DNA of 64,000 nt from Candidatus Poribacteria bacterium (GCA_963663765.2 CAXXUA010000013.1:128001-192000); one strand, 5' to 3'. Numbered from the stretch's first letter, positions 32,054 through 43,451 are shown. The notes: generated by a model from the sequence alone, not told the origin. Numbers and translations are program-made.

Positions 32054-32712
32054 TTAAAGGTGTGGAAATTTGAAAAATTAGACGATTTTCTACAAAAAAG
32101 TTGTCCTTTTTTGTAACCGAGAAGATGGAACACACATTATGTAATAGTTGAAGATGTTTTGCGCGTGTAACATGTAGTTGTGGATAGATAGAAAGTTACA
32201 CCAATGTCAAATATATTTTCTCACAGGATTGACGCATTCCCCTCGCTTGCGGGGGATAAAGGGGGGTAAACCCTTGAATAACCGAGATATGAAAACCGCA
32301 ATCCAACAAAGTGAACACGTCAGACACCTATTTCTTGAGCAGGCATTATCCACTTGTTAGGTTTCGTGAGCGTGTTTTAACTATCAGTTATCACCCACCC
32401 CTATTTCACATTCGTTAATATTTATCAATACATAGTGCTATTGCAAGCATTCGTGTTTGCAGTATTTTCGTGCCCGCATACTTCGTCGCGGGCTTTTGTT
32501 GTTGCATTGGAGAATGTTTCAATGCTTGTTATTCTAAATACCAGTTATATGCTTGCAAATCAAACTTACAATGGGCAAAATATGCTTGAAATTATTACAA
32601 GGAGTAGATATAATAATGGCAATTAAGATGTTGAGCATTGCTATCATTATGGTCCTAATTTTGGGAATCGGTGCAAGTGTAATATAACGCCCTGTCCACT
32701 TAGGAAGAAAAA

Positions 32713-33501
32713 TTGATGTATAAAAAGTTAACGTGGGGACTTGGTGTCCTCATCGTCCTCTTTATTGGATTTATGTTTTATATTCAATATGATTACACAA
32801 AATACAAAGAAGACCTTGAAGTATATCGTGAAAAACCGCAGGTAACAGAAAAAAAAGAAGGGGAACACGTTTTGCCCCCTCGTGAGCGGGAACACGTTTT
32901 GCCCCCCCGTGAAATGTCGTCAAGTAGAATCAATGAGAAACCATCTTTGGCAAAAGAGAATTTAATTGAACCTCCTGACATAAATATAACTGATAGGACA
33001 CATGACATAATTACTGTAGAGCAGAAAACTGATTTTAAGGAAATAGAATCACCATTTGGATTTGGGGCATACCCTACAACACCAGATAATTTTCCGTTTG
33101 CTATAAGTTGGCAGCATCCTTCAAAGTTTATGCCAGAACATATTCGGTATCAAGCTGAATTGGTTGATAGAGTTTTAATGAAACTTTATGAAGAAGGCAA
33201 AGAAGTCCTCGGAGCAAAATGGTTTGATGGTAAAGTGTATCCACGGTACTCAAATACCTTTTACTATCGTTCAGAGATAACGCATAAAGGGGAGGACGTA
33301 AGAGTAATTAATAGGAAACGAATAGTAGCTCCTTATACTGCGGGAACTTCTCGTATTTTTGGTGATGGCAATGCACAATTACGATTGGAAATACTCAACG
33401 CAATAGAGGCTGATACACCTCTCCCCGCGGGGGTAACAGTTCTTGAGATAGATACTCATGGGATTGACCCTTTTGAATATTTAGGGATCCCACGACAATA
33501 A
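32713..33501 (+). CDS. Hypothetical membrane-anchored protein
   Basis: 262-aa ORF, AGGAAG upstream, N-terminal TM helix, EHVLPPRE duplication. Confidence 0.7.
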   Translation: MMYKKLTWGLGVLIVLFIGFMFYIQYDYTKYKEDLEVYREKPQVTEKKEGEHVLPPREREHVLPPREMSSSRINEKPSLAKENLIEPPDINITDRTHDIITVEQKTDFKEIESPFGFGAYPTTPDNFPFAISWQHPSKFMPEHIRYQAELVDRVLMKLYEEGKEVLGAKWFDGKVYPRYSNTFYYRSEITHKGEDVRVINRKRIVAPYTAGTSRIFGDGNAQLRLEILNAIEADTPLPAGVTVLEIDTHGIDPFEYLGIPRQ

Positions 33502-33611
33502 GGGATATACGAACAAATTAGTTGTTTTTTTACCTAAATTTTGTAAATAGAGTCGTTAAACTCTATTTACAAATATAAGGAGAGTTTCATGCGTTTTTTG
33601 TTTTCGGTTTA

Positions 33612-34196
33612 ATGGCGATATGTTTGTGTAATTTTGTGTATTCGGATTGTGAAGTTGAGTGGTACGTCGATATTCAGTCAGAAGGATATCACGAAGAGTC
33701 TTTGGCAGATGCTTCCGCTCACAAACAAAGAATGAATTTAGGGGATGCAGAATCCCATTATAGAGTTCAGTATCAAAGTTTAGCCACTGTAGATCAATAT
33801 GCCCCAGCCTTTGAAGAATTGCCATATTATGGGTATTACGGGCTGAGATCTGAAATCGGACGACCTGCTAATGCTCAGGGACGTAATGGTTGGAAAACTG
33901 TTGATACTAAAGCTGACTATTACTATAATAACTTTACTAATGAAACGGCAAAAGCAGCTACAAACCTTTGGATTCCGAAAGTGGATGGGTGGGATCGAGA
34001 TGAATCAATAGATTTCTATGATGAATTTTACTATAAATACGCTTATGTTGAAATTTGGGCTTTCCGTTTAATAGACAAGCAACCAGTTATTACTTACCCA
34101 GATGGTACCGTAGCTTCGTATTTTTACACTATAAAATTCGACCATGACACCGATTCTTTTCATGAAGAGGGACGACCCATTGGCATAATGGCATAA
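33612..34196 (+). CDS. Hypothetical secreted protein; signal peptide possibly frameshifted
   Basis: 194-aa ORF. The RBS-preceded ATG at 33589 is one base out of frame across a T-run. Confidence 0.6.
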   Translation: MAICLCNFVYSDCEVEWYVDIQSEGYHEESLADASAHKQRMNLGDAESHYRVQYQSLATVDQYAPAFEELPYYGYYGLRSEIGRPANAQGRNGWKTVDTKADYYYNNFTNETAKAATNLWIPKVDGWDRDESIDFYDEFYYKYAYVEIWAFRLIDKQPVITYPDGTVASYFYTIKFDHDTDSFHEEGRPIGIMA

Positions 34197-34240
34197 ATAA
34201 AGTTCCGCTTTCTCTTATAAGAAATCCCTTAACTTTTTGA

Positions 34241-34276
34241 GCAGGTATCCGTATTGGGTATCTGCCTATTTTTATT
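34241..34276 (+). terminator. Rho-independent terminator
   Basis: GCAGGTATCC-loop-GGGTATCTGC (with G-U pairs) followed by a T-rich tract. Confidence 0.6.
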
Positions 34277-34458
34277 TTCCGACTTTTTACTAACCCTCTG
34301 ATTTTTTCAATCTGCTGTTAACTGTTCTTTTATCCCTTTTCTGACAAATTTCTGTTGATGTTTTTGGATTTCCTATCTGAAATTAAAGTATGTTTTAATT
34401 GGTTTCTTAAAAAATCTTATGTTACACTATATGTCGTTACAAAACGAATACGATTGCT

Positions 34459-35934
34459 TTGACACCATATACAACCTTTCATTTCAGGAGATTATTTATG
34501 AAATGTCTGTGTCTGTCAGATTTTATATACAACAAACTTGTATTGACTTTACTCATACTTGTATCCCTTTGCTCAATAACAGCACAGGAAATTACAGCCG
34601 AAAAGGAAAATAATATGGAAGAAAATCGTATCAAAATCTATGCTGAAAACCCACGTTACTGGCAATACAAAGGTAAACCAATTCTACTCATTGGAGGTTC
34701 AGTTGAAGACAACTTATTTCAGATACCGAATCTTAGAGAACATCTGGAGTTGTTGCAGTCTGTAGGAGGCAACTATGTACGTTCAACAATGGGGTGGAAT
34801 GATGAAGGAAATATACCTCCTTTCAAAAAAGTAGGTGAGAAGTATGACTTAAATCAATGGAACGAGGAATTTTGGAACAATTTTCGGAACTTCATTAAGT
34901 GGACGCATGAGATGGACATTATCGTTCAAATTGAAGTCTGGGGAACCTTTACCTATTACCTGGAATCGTGGGATGAGAATCCGTTCAATCCAAGAAACAA
35001 CAGCAATTACACAGCTGAAGAAACAGGCTTACCAACTGTTGTAAATAGCCATCCTGTTGCAACAAAAAACAATTTCTTCTGGTCTGTCCCGAAAGAACGT
35101 AATCAAAAAACCGTTCTGAAATATCAGGAAAAGTTTGTGGATAAACTTCTTGCGGAGACATTACCTTACGGACATATACTCTACTGCATGGACAACGAGA
35201 CTGCCGTCACAGCTGCTTGGGGTGAATACTGGGCAACATACATACAGAAGAAAGCAAAGGAAGCAGGACGTGCCGTTGAAACAACTGAAATGTGGGACCC
35301 GTGGGACCTATCCGATAAGAAACACAAAGCCACTTTTGATCATCCTAAAACCTACTCCTTCTGCGATATATCGCAAAACAACCATCAAAAACGACAGCGG
35401 CATTGGGATAACGCACAGAAAATTCGCGCAAAACTCACCCCTATACGTCCCATCAATAACATTAAGATATACGGTGCAGATGGTGGACGCTTCGGTAGTA
35501 CGCGTGATGGTTTAGAACGATTTTGGAGAAACATTTTCGGTGGGTTTGCATCAGCACGGTTTCACCGTCCAGATAGCGGCGTTGGACTCACCGAAATCGC
35601 ACAAGCACATCTCAAAAGCATGCGAATGATCACGGATGAAATGAACGTGTTCAAATGTGAACCAAACAATAAACTACTCTCAAACAGAGAAGAAAATGAA
35701 GCTTATGCTTTCGCAACTCCTGGGAAAGAATACGCTATCTATTTCCCAAAAAGTGGTTCGGTAGATCTCGATCTGAGTGTTGACAAGAACACAGAAGCAA
35801 AAACAATAACTATGAGATGGCTAAATATCCGCAAAAGTCAATGGACACTGGAAAAAGAAATTCCATACAGTGATAGCATAACGTTATCACAACCTGCCAA
35901 TGCACATTGGGCAGTTCTGATTCAAGTAAAATGA
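34459..35934 (+). CDS. Secreted glycoside-hydrolase-like TIM-barrel protein with C-terminal beta domain, paralog 1
   Basis: YWQYKGKPILLIG, GGNYVR, IIVQIEVW, YCMDNE. True start probably ATG 34498. Confidence 0.65.
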   Translation: MTPYTTFHFRRLFMKCLCLSDFIYNKLVLTLLILVSLCSITAQEITAEKENNMEENRIKIYAENPRYWQYKGKPILLIGGSVEDNLFQIPNLREHLELLQSVGGNYVRSTMGWNDEGNIPPFKKVGEKYDLNQWNEEFWNNFRNFIKWTHEMDIIVQIEVWGTFTYYLESWDENPFNPRNNSNYTAEETGLPTVVNSHPVATKNNFFWSVPKERNQKTVLKYQEKFVDKLLAETLPYGHILYCMDNETAVTAAWGEYWATYIQKKAKEAGRAVETTEMWDPWDLSDKKHKATFDHPKTYSFCDISQNNHQKRQRHWDNAQKIRAKLTPIRPINNIKIYGADGGRFGSTRDGLERFWRNIFGGFASARFHRPDSGVGLTEIAQAHLKSMRMITDEMNVFKCEPNNKLLSNREENEAYAFATPGKEYAIYFPKSGSVDLDLSVDKNTEAKTITMRWLNIRKSQWTLEKEIPYSDSITLSQPANAHWAVLIQVK

Positions 35935-35962
35935 GACGTGTCCATAATTAAGAGGCAATCTT

Positions 35963-37393
35963 ATGAATAACATATGGCGACCATATTTTGTTATCAACAG
36001 ATTTGTGTTAGTTCTACTTATATTCATTTACTCAGGAGTAGCATGGGAGACCAAAGCCCATAAGGATACAGAGATGGAAAAAAACAGAATCCAGATTTAC
36101 AAAGAAAATCCGCGTTATTGGCAATATAAAAGCAAACCCGTTTTGCTAATCGGTGGTTCAGTTGATGACAATCTGTTTCAGATACCAAATCTCAAAGAGC
36201 ATCTTGAGCTGCTGAAGTCTGTCGGTGGAAACTATGTTAGGTCTACGATGGGATGGACAGAGCCAGGTGATGTACCTCCCTTCAAAAAAGTAGATGGAAT
36301 GTATGACTTAAATCAGTGGAACGATGAATTCTGGACGCGTTTTCGTAACTTCATCAAATGGACACACGAGATGGATATTATCGTCCAGATTGAGGTGTGG
36401 GCAACTTTCAACTACTATAGAGATTATTGGGATGTCAACCCTTTTAATCCTAAAAATAACAGCAATTACTCCGCGGAAGAGACAGCATTACCCACTGTCG
36501 TCAATAGCCACCCAAGTGCAGCGAAAAACAATTTTTTCTGGTCAGTCCCAAAAAAGCGCAATCAGAAAATTGTACTCAAATATCAGCAAAAATATGTGGA
36601 TAAACTTCTTGAGGAGACATTTCCTTATGGACATATACTCTACTGTATGGACAACGAAACTGCAGTTACACCTGCTTGGGGTGAATACTGGGCAACGTAT
36701 ATAAAGAATAAAGCAGCAGAAGTCGGACGTTCCGTTGAAACGACTGAGAGTTGGAATCCATGGGAAATAGACCATGAACAACATCGAAATACAAAGGAAC
36801 ATCCAGACATTTATTCATTTTGTGATATATCACAGAATAATATGCAGAAGCGGCAGACACATTGGGATCATGCGCAGAAATATCGGGCAGAACTTTCACC
36901 TATCCGTCCAATGAATAATGTTAAGATTTACGGTGCTGATACTGGGAAATACGGTACGACGCGAAATGGGTTGGAACGGTTCTGGCGAAATATATTTGGT
37001 GGACTTGCATCAGCGCGGTTCCACCGACCACCTAATGGACTCGGTTTAACCGAAACAGCACAAGCGTGTCTAAAGAGTATGAAAATGATCACGGTTGAAT
37101 TGAACGTGTTCAATTGTGAACCCAACAATAAACTACTCTCTAACAAAGAAGAGAATGAAGCTTATGTATTCGCGAATCCCGGAAATGAATACGCTGTTTA
37201 TTTTCCAAAAGGTGGTGCGGTAGATCTCGATCTGAGTGTTGACAAAAATACTGATGCGAAAACAATAAAAATGAGATGGCTAAACATCCGCAAAAGTAAA
37301 TGGACACTGGAGAAACAAATTCCATTCAGAGATATTATAACCTTATCACAACCATCAGATTCACATTGGGCAGTTCTGATTCAAGTAAAATGA
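35963..37393 (+). CDS. Secreted glycoside-hydrolase-like TIM-barrel protein, paralog 2
   Basis: Collinear and highly similar to 34459..35934. Confidence 0.65.
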   Translation: MNNIWRPYFVINRFVLVLLIFIYSGVAWETKAHKDTEMEKNRIQIYKENPRYWQYKSKPVLLIGGSVDDNLFQIPNLKEHLELLKSVGGNYVRSTMGWTEPGDVPPFKKVDGMYDLNQWNDEFWTRFRNFIKWTHEMDIIVQIEVWATFNYYRDYWDVNPFNPKNNSNYSAEETALPTVVNSHPSAAKNNFFWSVPKKRNQKIVLKYQQKYVDKLLEETFPYGHILYCMDNETAVTPAWGEYWATYIKNKAAEVGRSVETTESWNPWEIDHEQHRNTKEHPDIYSFCDISQNNMQKRQTHWDHAQKYRAELSPIRPMNNVKIYGADTGKYGTTRNGLERFWRNIFGGLASARFHRPPNGLGLTETAQACLKSMKMITVELNVFNCEPNNKLLSNKEENEAYVFANPGNEYAVYFPKGGAVDLDLSVDKNTDAKTIKMRWLNIRKSKWTLEKQIPFRDIITLSQPSDSHWAVLIQVK

Positions 37394-37702
37394 AGCTTAT
37401 AGTAATACCTAAGAATAAATATAGGACATACACAGTTCCTCATAAATTTCCTCGCTTGCTATTCTTAGCCTCGTTTGCGGGTGTTGGGGGATCGCGATAA
37501 AACGAGGTAGGATCGAATCGTTATAAGAACTTTTCTAATAGAAAATGGTAATAGTTTTTGGACATGAGAACCGAAAACTGAATGATTCTGAAATATCTTC
37601 ATTTTTCTTGGTTTATTTTGATGTTATAGAATAACTATAGTTCGGAAGTCTCGGAAGTCCTTACAAGATAAAATTGTCCAAATTATAGTATAGTAATACT
37701 AT

Positions 37703-38808
37703 CAGGACTTACGCACTATAATAGATTTGTGCTATACTATTCCATTATGATTACATTTACACTTTCCGAAAAGAAACAAAGTTTATATTCAGATTATTGT
37801 CAATTTTTGTTATCAAGTTTTACAAACTTTACATGAACCTATATGGCAGACCATACTAATAAGTAGAGCCACGATCAACTCAATCGGTTTCTGAGCGGTG
37901 AAAACATCCCCGCGAATGAACTTTGGAACTCGGTCAAAAACGACATTGAGTTTGATGATGATGGCTACATTGTTTTTGACGATGTTGTGCTACCTAAACC
38001 CTATGCGAAAGAGATTGAGGTCCTCCGTTCTCAGTGGAGTGGTAGCGACAAAAAAGTCGTTACAGGTATTGGTATTGTGACGTGTATCTATGTCAATCCA
38101 AAGACAGAAGAGTATTGGATTATTGATTACCGTATTTATGACAAAGATCATGATGGTAAAACCAAAATAGACCATTTACTGGAAATGTTGCACAACGCTT
38201 ACTCTAAAAAACAGCTACCGTTTCGGACGGTGCTAATGGATACTTGGTATGCCTCCATGAAAGTTATGAAAGCGATTGAAAAACTTTCTAAGATTTACTA
38301 CGTGCCCCTGAAACGAAATCGTCTTGTAAACGATACGGATGGCGAGCAACCGCACCAACAAGTCCAAGACCAATCTTGGACCCGGACAGAAATCCAGCGA
38401 GGGAAAAGCGTGCACATCAAGAAGTTTCCAAAAAGGTATCAAGTAAAGTTGTTCCGGATAGCCTCCTTCCGGATAGCCTCCTCTACCGGGCGCACGGAAC
38501 ATATTGCGACAAACGATTTATCTCAATCGGATGCGGATGCGACACACCAAGAATGCCGTGTGCGTTGGAAGAATGAACAACTTCATCGTGAGATCAAACA
38601 AGTCACGGGTATTGGCAAATGTCAATGTCGTCCGTTGCATGCCTAAAGAAATCATATCGCATGTTGTTTTCAAATATAGGTCTGTTTGAAATGTGTTGAG
38701 CGTAAACTTGGCAAATCAATTTATGAACTTAAACAAAGTTTATTGGATGATTATATGTGATATCAACTCTCAATTCCATCGATAATCTTTGAGACTGCGT
38801 AAGTCCTG
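37703..38808 (+). mobile_element. IS701-family element with decayed DDE transposase
   Basis: TIR CAGGACTTACGCA/TGCGTAAGTCCTG; VFDDVVL.KPY, VLMDTWY, RWK.EQLHRE.KQ.TG; several in-frame stops. Confidence 0.88.
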
Positions 38809-38811
38809 AGT

Positions 38812-38975
38812 ATATTGAAATTCACGTCTTCTGTCCTGCTTCTTAAGCCATCTTCCCATTGTTCCTACAGTAACGCGATTAAGCTACCTTGAAAAACTAT
38901 CGGGTCTTTTGATTTGTGTGATATTTTGTATTGCTTCATGAAGTGTTTCTTGCACAAGATCTTCAATATTTCCCC
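38812..38975 (-). pseudogene. ECF sigma factor region-2 remnant
   Basis: Manual translation IEDLVQETLHEAIQNITQIKRPDSFSR*LNRV resembles AEDLVQETF..A.......F..WL.RI; it lies between two IS relics. Confidence 0.55.
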
Positions 38976-39097
38976 TGATGATTGAACTTACTTACACAAA
39001 ATGAAATAAAAGTTAATAATCATATATATTTTGGTTATGTATAGACGCATTTTGTGTCTAAATGGTTCACTCTTTAAGTATTTGCGATATTTCTTCA

Positions 39098-39871
39098 ATT
39101 GAAGTTCCATAGGGTTCTAACTTGTATCTTGGTTGCTCTTGTGGGTCTTTCTTCCACACGACCCACACCTCGTTTCCAAACTTCGCCCGGATACGTTTTA
39201 GCACTTATCGGTCCCATCTCATCAATACAGATAACACGCGTCTTAGGCGGCGGGGAACGATACGCCGCTATAACAGCCCCCTTTTTTCTACAAACTCTTC
39301 GTCTTGCTTCTCCGTTTTACGAAACCAACTTTGTTGACGCTTCCAACGCAATCCCTCTTCTTTTAGCCACTCCCAGATTGTTGAATCAGAAAGATGAATA
39401 CCTGTTCTTTCTTTAAATGCAGTTTGCAACCGGACGAGTGTCCACAATTCAAATGGATAACCGAGACTGCGCGGTTTTCGCAACGCTAAATCTATCAGTT
39501 GCCCCCGCACCTCATCTGAATGGATGCGTGGCTTACCACTTTTCGGTTTATCGGAAAGTCCCGGAATACCATCTTCATTGAAGCGTTTGACCCAGCACGC
39601 ACCGGAGTTGCTTGATTTGAAACCTACCTGTTGTGCGGCTTGGGTGGCTGTGAGTGTCTCGTCATCAAGCATGCTAACAATCAATTTCGCACGCTGCACC
39701 GTCCGAAACGGATGCGTGCGTGAACTCGCAAGTCTCCTCAATTCAGCGTTTTCTTCCTCATTGACCTCACGAATGTGATGTATTCGTTTTCCCATCTCAA
39801 TTCTCCTCTCCATTTATTGAATTCAAAAGATAGAAGAATTATACCATAATATCATGACGAGTCAACCACTA
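39098..39871 (-). mobile_element. Truncated IS630-family element
   Basis: HTH ORF 39268..39813 ([28 protein letters not shown]). An AAAAAGGGG shift leads into VICIDEMGP, then the sequence is truncated. Confidence 0.8.
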
Positions 39872-40201
39872 AGTCATTTACTCGCTAAATATTTATTATA
39901 TATAGAACGGACAGAAAAAACCAAAATGTCCCTTCCATCGCTTGCAGGGGGATAAATGTGGGTGAATTTAGGGTGTCCAAAATACCAATATTAATTGCCG
40001 AGTAAACCACTAAATGCTATGTGTGCATAAATCTCATAAAAGATTACCTTAAAACTTTTTGGTTCGTTCAAATATTTTGCTCCGAAAAACTTTTCTCACA
40101 ATTAATAGCTCTGGACAACACACATGGTAAGGCAAATTTGTTGACAACCAACCTATTAAAAGGATATAATCATGACAGAATAAAAAGAGAAACAGGAACG
40201 A

Positions 40202-42511
40202 ATGCAGTTCACATACTATCTGCCTATATGGGCAATATTGCTTGGTATAGTCATTACAGCATGTATCACTATCTATAGCTATCTCAAGTTAAATCAATCA
40301 ATTCGCAATCTAATTAGAAATTCACTGATAAGTTTGCGTATTATAGCAATCACAATTTTACTCTTCTGTCTTTTGGCTCCAGTGTTTATTGAAAAGAAGG
40401 ACGTTACCCCACCTACGCATCTATCCATTTTAGTTGATACATCACGTAGTATGGAATTAAAGGATAATTATCATGGAATTTCTGATTTGTCCCGCATGGA
40501 TCAAGTCAATCAACTACTATTTGATGAATCAAGTACTTTTCTTCAAAACCTGAAAAAGACCTACAAAGTTCATCTCTACCGATTTGATTCATCATTACAG
40601 GAAGTCTCTAATGGAACAACAAAGTTAGATGTAGATGGCATATTGACTAATATTAATTCCGCTATCCGCGATACAGTTCAAACATGGCGTGGACAACCAA
40701 ATGCTGGAATAGTATTGATTACTGATGGTGCGCACAATACTTCAAGGTTGTTAGTGGACGACACTGTGGAATTGGGTATTCCCATTTATGCTGTAGGTGT
40801 CGGTTCCCCGTTACCTCCAAAAGACATACTAATCTCAAATGTTGATGTCTCACCCGTTACATACACAGGTCATGAAACAATCGTTAGAATAAACATTGTA
40901 CAGTCAGGATATACAGATGAATCAATCCGGGTTACTCTACGAGAATCCAGTAACAACCGACTTGTTGATGCAGTGATTCTGCCTTTAACCAAAGACGATG
41001 AAAATCAGTCTGTTACTTTGGATGGGCAACGTATCTTGTCAGGAACACAACATATAGTTGAACTGAAACTCACTCCTGAAACAGAAGGCAACTTTCAGTA
41101 TCAGGTGAAAATCCCAACTTTAGAAGATGAACTGACTGATGCAAATAATGATAGAACATTCTCATTAAAGGTTGTGAAAGCCAAACTAAATGTCCTCTAT
41201 TTTGAAGGTAGACCACGTTGGGATTACACCTTCTTAAAACGCACATTAGAACGCGACCCAGATATTGAAACTGTATTTTCTGTCCTATCAAAAAAACCAT
41301 TACCTGAATCAGTGCTTGCACAAAATGATGGATATTACCCTCAAGATACACCCACCCAATTTTCACGATTTCCAAACACTCGTGAAGAACTAAGCAACTA
41401 TGATGTGTTGATATTAGGGGACATATCTTCTGAACATCTCAATATAGGACAACAACAAGCGATTATTGACTTTATAGAAGACAGCGGAAAAGCAATTATA
41501 TTTCTACCTTCACAAACGGCATTAGGTACTAATGGATTTAGAAACATGCAATTATCAAGTCTACTACCAATTCAGATTCCAGTGAATGGGTGTCAAGTCA
41601 AAGATGTTGAATTCGCTGTTGAACTGACACAAACTGGCATGTTTCACCCAATTCTACAACTTGACGATAAATTTGAGAGGAACACGGAAATATGGCAAAA
41701 CCTTCCAGCACTTAATCGTAGCTTCAATGAATTCCAATTGAGAGCAGGTGCAACAACCCTCATCAGAAAAAAGAATGGTGAACCTATTTTGATATTTCAA
41801 CGAGTTGGTCTTGGCAAAAGTCTCCTTTTCACCACTGAGGGTATATGGAATTGGCAATTCGGTGTAAGCTCATATAAGGATGAAATTTATCAGACAGTTT
41901 ATCCCCGTTTTTGGGCACAGACAATTCGTTGGATGGCTCAACAATCGGATGAGTCCCAAATCTATTTGACGACTGATTCACCAACTTATGCACAAGGTGA
42001 CACTGTCCAGATAGGCATTCGAGTAATTTCTAATATGATGCAACCACACACTGACGTAAAAATCCATCTATCGGTTACAACTCCAAGCGGATCAACATTC
42101 TCATTAAAAACACAGTCTGAAAAAACAAGTGGACAGACTCACAACACAAGTAACTATACTGCAAAATTAAAAGTTGAAGAAAAAGGAACTTACAAAATAC
42201 GTGCATTTGGTGTTGCGGGAAATGTATCTATGGGAGAAGACGAATTTGATTTCTTCGTTCATCCGCAACTTGTTGAATTAGAGACCCCGCAACTTAACGA
42301 ACCTTTTTTGAAAGAACTCACTGAAAAAACTGGTGGTGTATATCTAACAATGGATGATGCTGAATCGCTTCCAAAACAGATAGACTTTGAGCAGGACTCC
42401 ATATTTGTTGACGAAAAACGCGATGTTTGGGCACATCCATTTGTTCTCATCGCTGTCGTTGGTTTATTGGGTGCTGAGTGGTTCCTACGTAAACGCAATG
42501 GATTGATTTAA
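40202..42511 (+). CDS. Membrane protein with vWA domain, Ig-like domain and glutamine-amidotransferase-like domain
   Basis: MIDAS motifs DTSRSM and ITDG; EGRPRWDYTFL; YDVLILGD; C-terminal EWFLRKRNGL. Confidence 0.8.
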   Translation: MQFTYYLPIWAILLGIVITACITIYSYLKLNQSIRNLIRNSLISLRIIAITILLFCLLAPVFIEKKDVTPPTHLSILVDTSRSMELKDNYHGISDLSRMDQVNQLLFDESSTFLQNLKKTYKVHLYRFDSSLQEVSNGTTKLDVDGILTNINSAIRDTVQTWRGQPNAGIVLITDGAHNTSRLLVDDTVELGIPIYAVGVGSPLPPKDILISNVDVSPVTYTGHETIVRINIVQSGYTDESIRVTLRESSNNRLVDAVILPLTKDDENQSVTLDGQRILSGTQHIVELKLTPETEGNFQYQVKIPTLEDELTDANNDRTFSLKVVKAKLNVLYFEGRPRWDYTFLKRTLERDPDIETVFSVLSKKPLPESVLAQNDGYYPQDTPTQFSRFPNTREELSNYDVLILGDISSEHLNIGQQQAIIDFIEDSGKAIIFLPSQTALGTNGFRNMQLSSLLPIQIPVNGCQVKDVEFAVELTQTGMFHPILQLDDKFERNTEIWQNLPALNRSFNEFQLRAGATTLIRKKNGEPILIFQRVGLGKSLLFTTEGIWNWQFGVSSYKDEIYQTVYPRFWAQTIRWMAQQSDESQIYLTTDSPTYAQGDTVQIGIRVISNMMQPHTDVKIHLSVTTPSGSTFSLKTQSEKTSGQTHNTSNYTAKLKVEEKGTYKIRAFGVAGNVSMGEDEFDFFVHPQLVELETPQLNEPFLKELTEKTGGVYLTMDDAESLPKQIDFEQDSIFVDEKRDVWAHPFVLIAVVGLLGAEWFLRKRNGLI

Positions 42512-42524
42512 TATTTATAAGTAC

Positions 42525-42646
42525 CAGGACTTACGCACCCAACGGTAGGCGTGCTTTGTAAGCGCGCTGGAAACCGAAAAAATGCTGAAAATTACACCAT
42601 TTTCGTCATAATTCTTCATCAAATCATGAAAACTGCGTAAGTCCTG
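42525..42646. mobile_element. IS701-derived MITE
   Basis: Same 13-bp TIR as 37703..38808; 5-bp target duplication AGTAC on both sides. Confidence 0.85.
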
Positions 42647-42761
42647 AGTACTTTATGTCTTTAATCTAACGAGTTGTGCTAAATGACTTTATGTAAACCA
42701 TTGTTTCACATAAGCATAACGTTTTGCAGGTGTCCCTCATAGGTTGAAACGATCTTCAGTC

Positions 42762-42903
42762 CTGATGAAGTTTGACAATCAAAATCGGTAGTTGAATTCG
42801 TAGGGGTTGGGTTCCCCAACCCGTTTGGTTTTTGAGTTTGCGTAGATCATGTGTGAAAACCACGCCCCTACGAATACACAACTTGAACGTCAAAACTCAT
42901 TAG
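42762..42903. mobile_element. IS630-related MITE containing a GTAG REP-like palindrome
   Basis: Ends CTGATGAAGTTTGAC/GTCAAAACTCATTAG resemble the TIRs of the IS630 at 52651..53879; internal GTAGGGG...CCCCTAC. Confidence 0.7.
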
Positions 42904-42922
42904 GGACTAAATGTTTATATAT

Positions 42923-43254
42923 CATACCCAATATATGTGAATTTAGTATAAACATTTAGTTAACTGGCACAAATCAGGATATTGCTCAATTTACGTTAAA
43001 TCACTAATTGGTAAAATTGGTAATTTTTTCTTCGGAAAAACCCAGTCATAGACAAGATTCGTGTACAGAAAAAATTACCAATTGCCTGAAAGTAGCGACC
43101 TGTGCTAAATAACTATTTATTAAAAATTACTTCACATAGACAAGAGTATTTAACCGTCCTTCTTTTGCTTTGGATGATCTTTAGTCCCGTAGGGACGAAA
43201 TGTTATATACCATACCCAATATATGTGAATTTAGTATAAACATTTAGTTAACTG
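42923..43254. repeat. 44-bp perfect direct repeat (42923-42966 and 43211-43254)
   Basis: CATACCCAATATATGTGAATTTAGTATAAACATTTAGTTAACTG present twice. Confidence 0.9.
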
Positions 43255-43451
43255 ACACAAGTCGTTAATCTAACCAAATTTTAGCAGAAACTCAAATTTG
43301 TTACTTTCCTACCCGCCAAAAACAATGACTGTTACAAAATAGAATGGTCACAATCGAACATTTGTTGAACTGAATAGTATAGAATGATCCAATTACAGAA
43401 GGGTTGAGAAAAATTCAGTTAACATCTCATCCGAATTCACCATAAAATTAT

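Noticed and set aside
32170-32700. Possible MITE or small RNA in the intergenic region
   Set aside because: Only a REP-like GC palindrome and a 7-bp inverted match; boundaries cannot be supported
32861-32912. 27-nt tandem duplication (EHVLPPRE x2); also a short duplication in IS701 near 38455-38481
   Set aside because: Simple local slippage with no evidence of function
42900-43260. CRISPR array
   Set aside because: Only two copies of the 44-bp repeat, 288 bp apart, and no cas genes
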